Assembly (NCBI GenBank): GCA_014800815.1
Contig: JAAVFI010000008.1
Location: forward strand, 225 to 64,224
DNA length: 64,000 nucleotides
From: Bacteroidales bacterium
Lineage (GTDB): Bacteria; Bacteroidota; Bacteroidia; Bacteroidales; Muribaculaceae
Direction: 5' to 3'
Shown here piece after piece: positions 60,853 through 64,000 of this stretch (position 1 is its first letter; each line of letters opens with the position of its first letter). The position numbers and the translations under genes were made by a program. Under the pieces are notes generated by a model that ran no database searches, was not told the origin of the DNA, and worked only from the letters and a program-made list of their open reading frames with translations.

Positions 60853-62475
60853 TTAGTCGGTAAGCGGGAAGTCGGCACCTCCGTTGTTGAGCTGCCGCAC
60901 AGCCTCGATTACCACAGGGTCAGTTTCGTTGATTATTTCAAAGTAGCCGTCAAGACCCACTATATCGCGGGCAATGAGGGCTTTCAGTTGATTAACAATC
61001 AGCGGAGCCGAAATGTTGATGTAGTACCAGCGTGGAGCTATACCGCCCTTGGCCGATGCGTAGTTTACAAACGACTGCAGCAGCACATTGTCCGACGGAA
61101 GCATCGAGAGCAGTTCCTTGGTATCGCGGCTCTCGGTGAGGCGCGGACGGTTGAGGTCGGCATATTCGTAGGCAAACTGGCGCAGGAGGCCGGCATTTGC
61201 CACCTTGATGAAATAAGATGTTACGTTTGAGGTATCCGAAGGCACGAATACATCGGGCACTATACCGCCGCCACCGTACACGAGTCGGCCCGTAGTGGTG
61301 GAGAATATCAGGGTAGAGTCCACTTTCAGAGAGTCGGCGCTGAATATCTCGCCGCGGTCGTAGCGGTCGAAAATCTCGGTGGCGTACTCGCTGTTGTGGC
61401 CGGGCTTGTAAGTCTTCTGTATGCAGCGTCCCGAAGGAGTGTAGTAGCGCTGAACGGTAAGGCGGAACTCGCTCGAATCGGGCAACTCGAACGACCTCTG
61501 CACGAGGCCCTTGCCGAAAGTGCGTCGTCCGATTATCAGACCGCGGTCGTTATCCTGGATAGCTCCCGCGAGAATTTCGCTCGAACTTGCCGTAAACTCA
61601 TCCACGAGTACCACTATCTTTTCGTTGGTGAAAGCTCCCGTGCCGTCGCTGAAAAGTATGGTATGGTCGGCGCGGTTGCGGCCCTTGGTGGCGACAATCA
61701 CATTCTGCGGTCCGAAGAATTCATTGGCGACGAGTACCGCCGGATTCATATATCCGCCGCCATTACCGCGAAGGTCGAGGATAAACGATTTCGCACCGTC
61801 GTAGCGCTGCTGCGAGAGTGTATTGAGCATCTCGGGATAAGTGCTCTCGGAGAACTTGCCCAGGCGGATATACCCGATAGTGTCGCCGATGATATACGAT
61901 GCGTCGATAGGCGAAACGGGCACCTGTGCACGCGTGAGGTCGAAGGTGATGAGCGACGGTGAATTGTTGCGCTTGATTTTCAGCTGCACGTGTGTGCCTT
62001 CGGGGCCGCGGAGCATATCGAATATATGGTCCTGACCGATTTCCACACCTGCTATATTCACACTGTCTACCTCAATGATGCGGTCTCCGGGGAGTATACC
62101 GGCCTGCTCGGCGGCGCCACCCGATATCACCTCAAGTATATAGAGGGTATCGTTCATCATCTGGAATTGTATGCCCACGCCCGAGAATGCGCCCTCGAGG
62201 TCTCTGTTTGCCGCCGTGCGTTCATCGTAGGGGATGTACGACGAGTGCGGGTCGAGGTTGGAGAGCAGTTCGGGTATAGCGAGTTCGACAAGACTGTCGA
62301 AGTCCACGGGGTCGACATAGCTCTGTTCGATGATATCGAATACCTGATCGAGTTTCTGCCTTGCGGCCGAGTGGCGGTCGTTGTTGGCATAGTACACACC
62401 GATCCAGATACCCGCAATCAGAAAGAGTGTGCAGGCTATCGGAAGCCAAAGGAGATATTTGCGATTGTCAGACAT
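60853..62475 (-). CDS. S41 family C-terminal processing peptidase
   Basis: LDPHSSY, PDZ domain, ILDLRGNGGG, ASSSEILAGAIQDNDRG, TFGKGLVQ. Confidence 0.95.
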   Translation of the reverse strand: MSDNRKYLLWLPIACTLFLIAGIWIGVYYANNDRHSAARQKLDQVFDIIEQSYVDPVDFDSLVELAIPELLSNLDPHSSYIPYDERTAANRDLEGAFSGVGIQFQMMNDTLYILEVISGGAAEQAGILPGDRIIEVDSVNIAGVEIGQDHIFDMLRGPEGTHVQLKIKRNNSPSLITFDLTRAQVPVSPIDASYIIGDTIGYIRLGKFSESTYPEMLNTLSQQRYDGAKSFILDLRGNGGGYMNPAVLVANEFFGPQNVIVATKGRNRADHTILFSDGTGAFTNEKIVVLVDEFTASSSEILAGAIQDNDRGLIIGRRTFGKGLVQRSFELPDSSEFRLTVQRYYTPSGRCIQKTYKPGHNSEYATEIFDRYDRGEIFSADSLKVDSTLIFSTTTGRLVYGGGGIVPDVFVPSDTSNVTSYFIKVANAGLLRQFAYEYADLNRPRLTESRDTKELLSMLPSDNVLLQSFVNYASAKGGIAPRWYYINISAPLIVNQLKALIARDIVGLDGYFEIINETDPVVIEAVRQLNNGGADFPLTD

Positions 62476-62512
62476 TGTTATCTGTCACTTTTGTTGGTTT
62501 TTTAAGAGAGTC

Positions 62513-62962
62513 TTATCTCTCCGCATCCTCGTCGGGAATGTGTACGCACTCCACGCCTGCGCGCTTCAGCAGGTCGATGCCGTCGGCGAGGCGGTAGAGG
62601 TCGTTGAATACCACACGGGTGATACCCGCCTGGATTATCAGCTTGGAGCACTCGAGGCAGGGCGATGCCGTGATGTAGAGAGTCGACCCCTCGCTGGAGT
62701 TGTTGCTGCGGGCTACTTTGGTTATAGCGTTGGCCTCGGCGTGGAGCACGTAGGGCTTGGTAAGTCCGCTCTCGTCCTCACACACATTCTCGAAGCCGGC
62801 GGGAGTACCGTTGAAGCCGTCGGAGATTATCATCTTGTCCTTGACCATGAGGCAACCGACCTGCCTGCGCCGGCAGTAGGAGTTCTCGGCCCAGATGCGG
62901 GCCATGCGCAGGTATCGGCGGTCAAGAGTTTCCTGCTTTAAGTTCGAGTTGCTCATAGTCAT
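62513..62962 (-). CDS. dCMP deaminase family protein
   Basis: GFNGTPAG, HAEANAI, TASPCLECSK. Confidence 0.95.
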   Translation of the reverse strand: MTMSNSNLKQETLDRRYLRMARIWAENSYCRRRQVGCLMVKDKMIISDGFNGTPAGFENVCEDESGLTKPYVLHAEANAITKVARSNNSSEGSTLYITASPCLECSKLIIQAGITRVVFNDLYRLADGIDLLKRAGVECVHIPDEDAER

Positions 62963-64000
62963 TCTTTTACTTCAGTCGCTTCAACGTCGGTGATATTGTC
63001 ATCGTCGTCCACCGGCGGAGGTGTGGGTTCCGACTTCTTTTCGCCGGCACCCTCGTCGTCCTTGTGGCCGAAGAGCTCGTCGGTGCGCGAAGTCCACTTG
63101 CGGGGACCGAAGATACGCTTCACGTCGTCGGTATAGATCACCTCGCGTGAGATAAGCGTCTCGGCAAGTTCGTGGTGGCCCTTGGCATACTCTGTAAGTA
63201 TGGCTTTGGCACGCTCGTACTGCTCGGTGATGATGCGGGATACCTCTTCGTCGATGATTTTGGCGCGGTCGTCGCTGTACGGGTTGGTAAACATGCTGTT
63301 CTGACCCGTAGAGTCGTAGTAGCTGAGGTTGGGCAGACGGTCGCTCATACCGTAGTAGACTACCATGGCATAAGCCTGCTTGGTGACACGCTCGAGGTCG
63401 TTGGCAGCGCCGGTAGATATGTGGCCGAGGAATAGTTCTTCGGCAGCACGTCCGCCGAGTAGCGAGCAGATATCGTCGAGGAGTACCTGTGAGGGTACTA
63501 TCTGACGTTCTTCGGGCATATACCATGCAGCACCGAGAGCCTTGCCGCGGGGCACGATAGTAACCTTCACGAGAGGATTGCCGTACTGCAGATGCCACGA
63601 TACTGTGGCATGGCCGGCTTCGTGGATAGCGATCGATTTCTTTTCGTCGACGGTAAGTATCTTGTTGCGCTTCTCAAGACCGCCGATTATGCGGTCTACG
63701 GCAGCGTTGAAGTCTTCTGTATCAACCGATTCCTTGTTGTGGCGGGCTGCTATAAGTGCGGCCTCGTTGCATACGTTGGCGATATCGGCGCCCGAGAATC
63801 CCGGAGTCTGGCGTGCGAGCATCTCCACGTCAAGGCCGGGAGCGGTCTTGATTTTGCGCAGGTGCACATTGAAGATTTCCACGCGGTCGGGGAGGTCGGG
63901 GAGGTCTACATATATCTGACGGTCGAAACGGCCGGCTCGCATAAGAGCTTTGTCGAGGATATCGGCGCGGTTGGTGGCGGCAAGAATTATCACACCGCTG
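62959..64000 (-). CDS. ftsH: ATP-dependent zinc metalloprotease FtsH (3' part; runs off the window)
   Basis: ATNRADILDKALMRAGRFDRQI, NEAALIAAR, HEAGH, GGRAAEE, TGAANDLE. Confidence 0.97.
   Translation of the reverse strand, partial: SGVIILAATNRADILDKALMRAGRFDRQIYVDLPDLPDRVEIFNVHLRKIKTAPGLDVEMLARQTPGFSGADIANVCNEAALIAARHNKESVDTEDFNAAVDRIIGGLEKRNKILTVDEKKSIAIHEAGHATVSWHLQYGNPLVKVTIVPRGKALGAAWYMPEERQIVPSQVLLDDICSLLGGRAAEELFLGHISTGAANDLERVTKQAYAMVVYYGMSDRLPNLSYYDSTGQNSMFTNPYSDDRAKIIDEEVSRIITEQYERAKAILTEYAKGHHELAETLISREVIYTDDVKRIFGPRKWTSRTDELFGHKDDEGAGEKKSEPTPPPVDDDDNITDVEATEVKE

Noticed and set aside
1-64000. Many overlapping antisense or alternate-frame ORFs (e.g. 50287-51927, 45909-47117, 19923-20858) and CRISPR arrays
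   Set aside because: The ORFs are shadows of high-GC3 genes on the opposite strand with no domain motifs; no repeat-spacer array was seen

Overview
64 kb of a GC-rich Bacteroidales chromosome, probably Muribaculaceae-like. The assignment is inferred from TAnnTTTG -7 promoters and gene content. Most of the window is housekeeping: padR-pspC, malic enzyme, an RND pump, dinB, clpB, uvrA, LytS/LytTR, three ECF sigma/anti-sigma loci, priA, gluQ, dnaA, a nagB-like fusion, hpt-adk, thrC, ctpA, dCMP deaminase, ftsH, tRNA-Glu(CTC) and tRNA-His(GTG). The accessory signal is in small AT-rich patches and intergenic structure. (1) Two independent copies of a two-gene module pair a 52-61 aa peptide lacking any RHH domain with a translationally coupled AtaT/TacT-like GNAT, a candidate 'minimal-antitoxin' GNAT TA family. 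(2) One copy sits in a ~2.75 kb integrase-free islet bounded by a 103-bp duplication of the dinB 3' end. (3) The other copy faces a promoter-to-terminator, multi-hairpin ~160-nt candidate ncRNA. (4) A 166-bp rod-like palindrome follows uvrA. (5) A probable group IIC intron 5' stump lies immediately after a terminator. (6) Mirror-image ECF promoters (TGTAACC-N16-CGTCTAA) predict leaderless sigma mRNAs. (7) An uncharacterised coiled-coil protein ends in the beta-clamp motif QLSLF. Family names come from motif recognition and recall; no database search was run.
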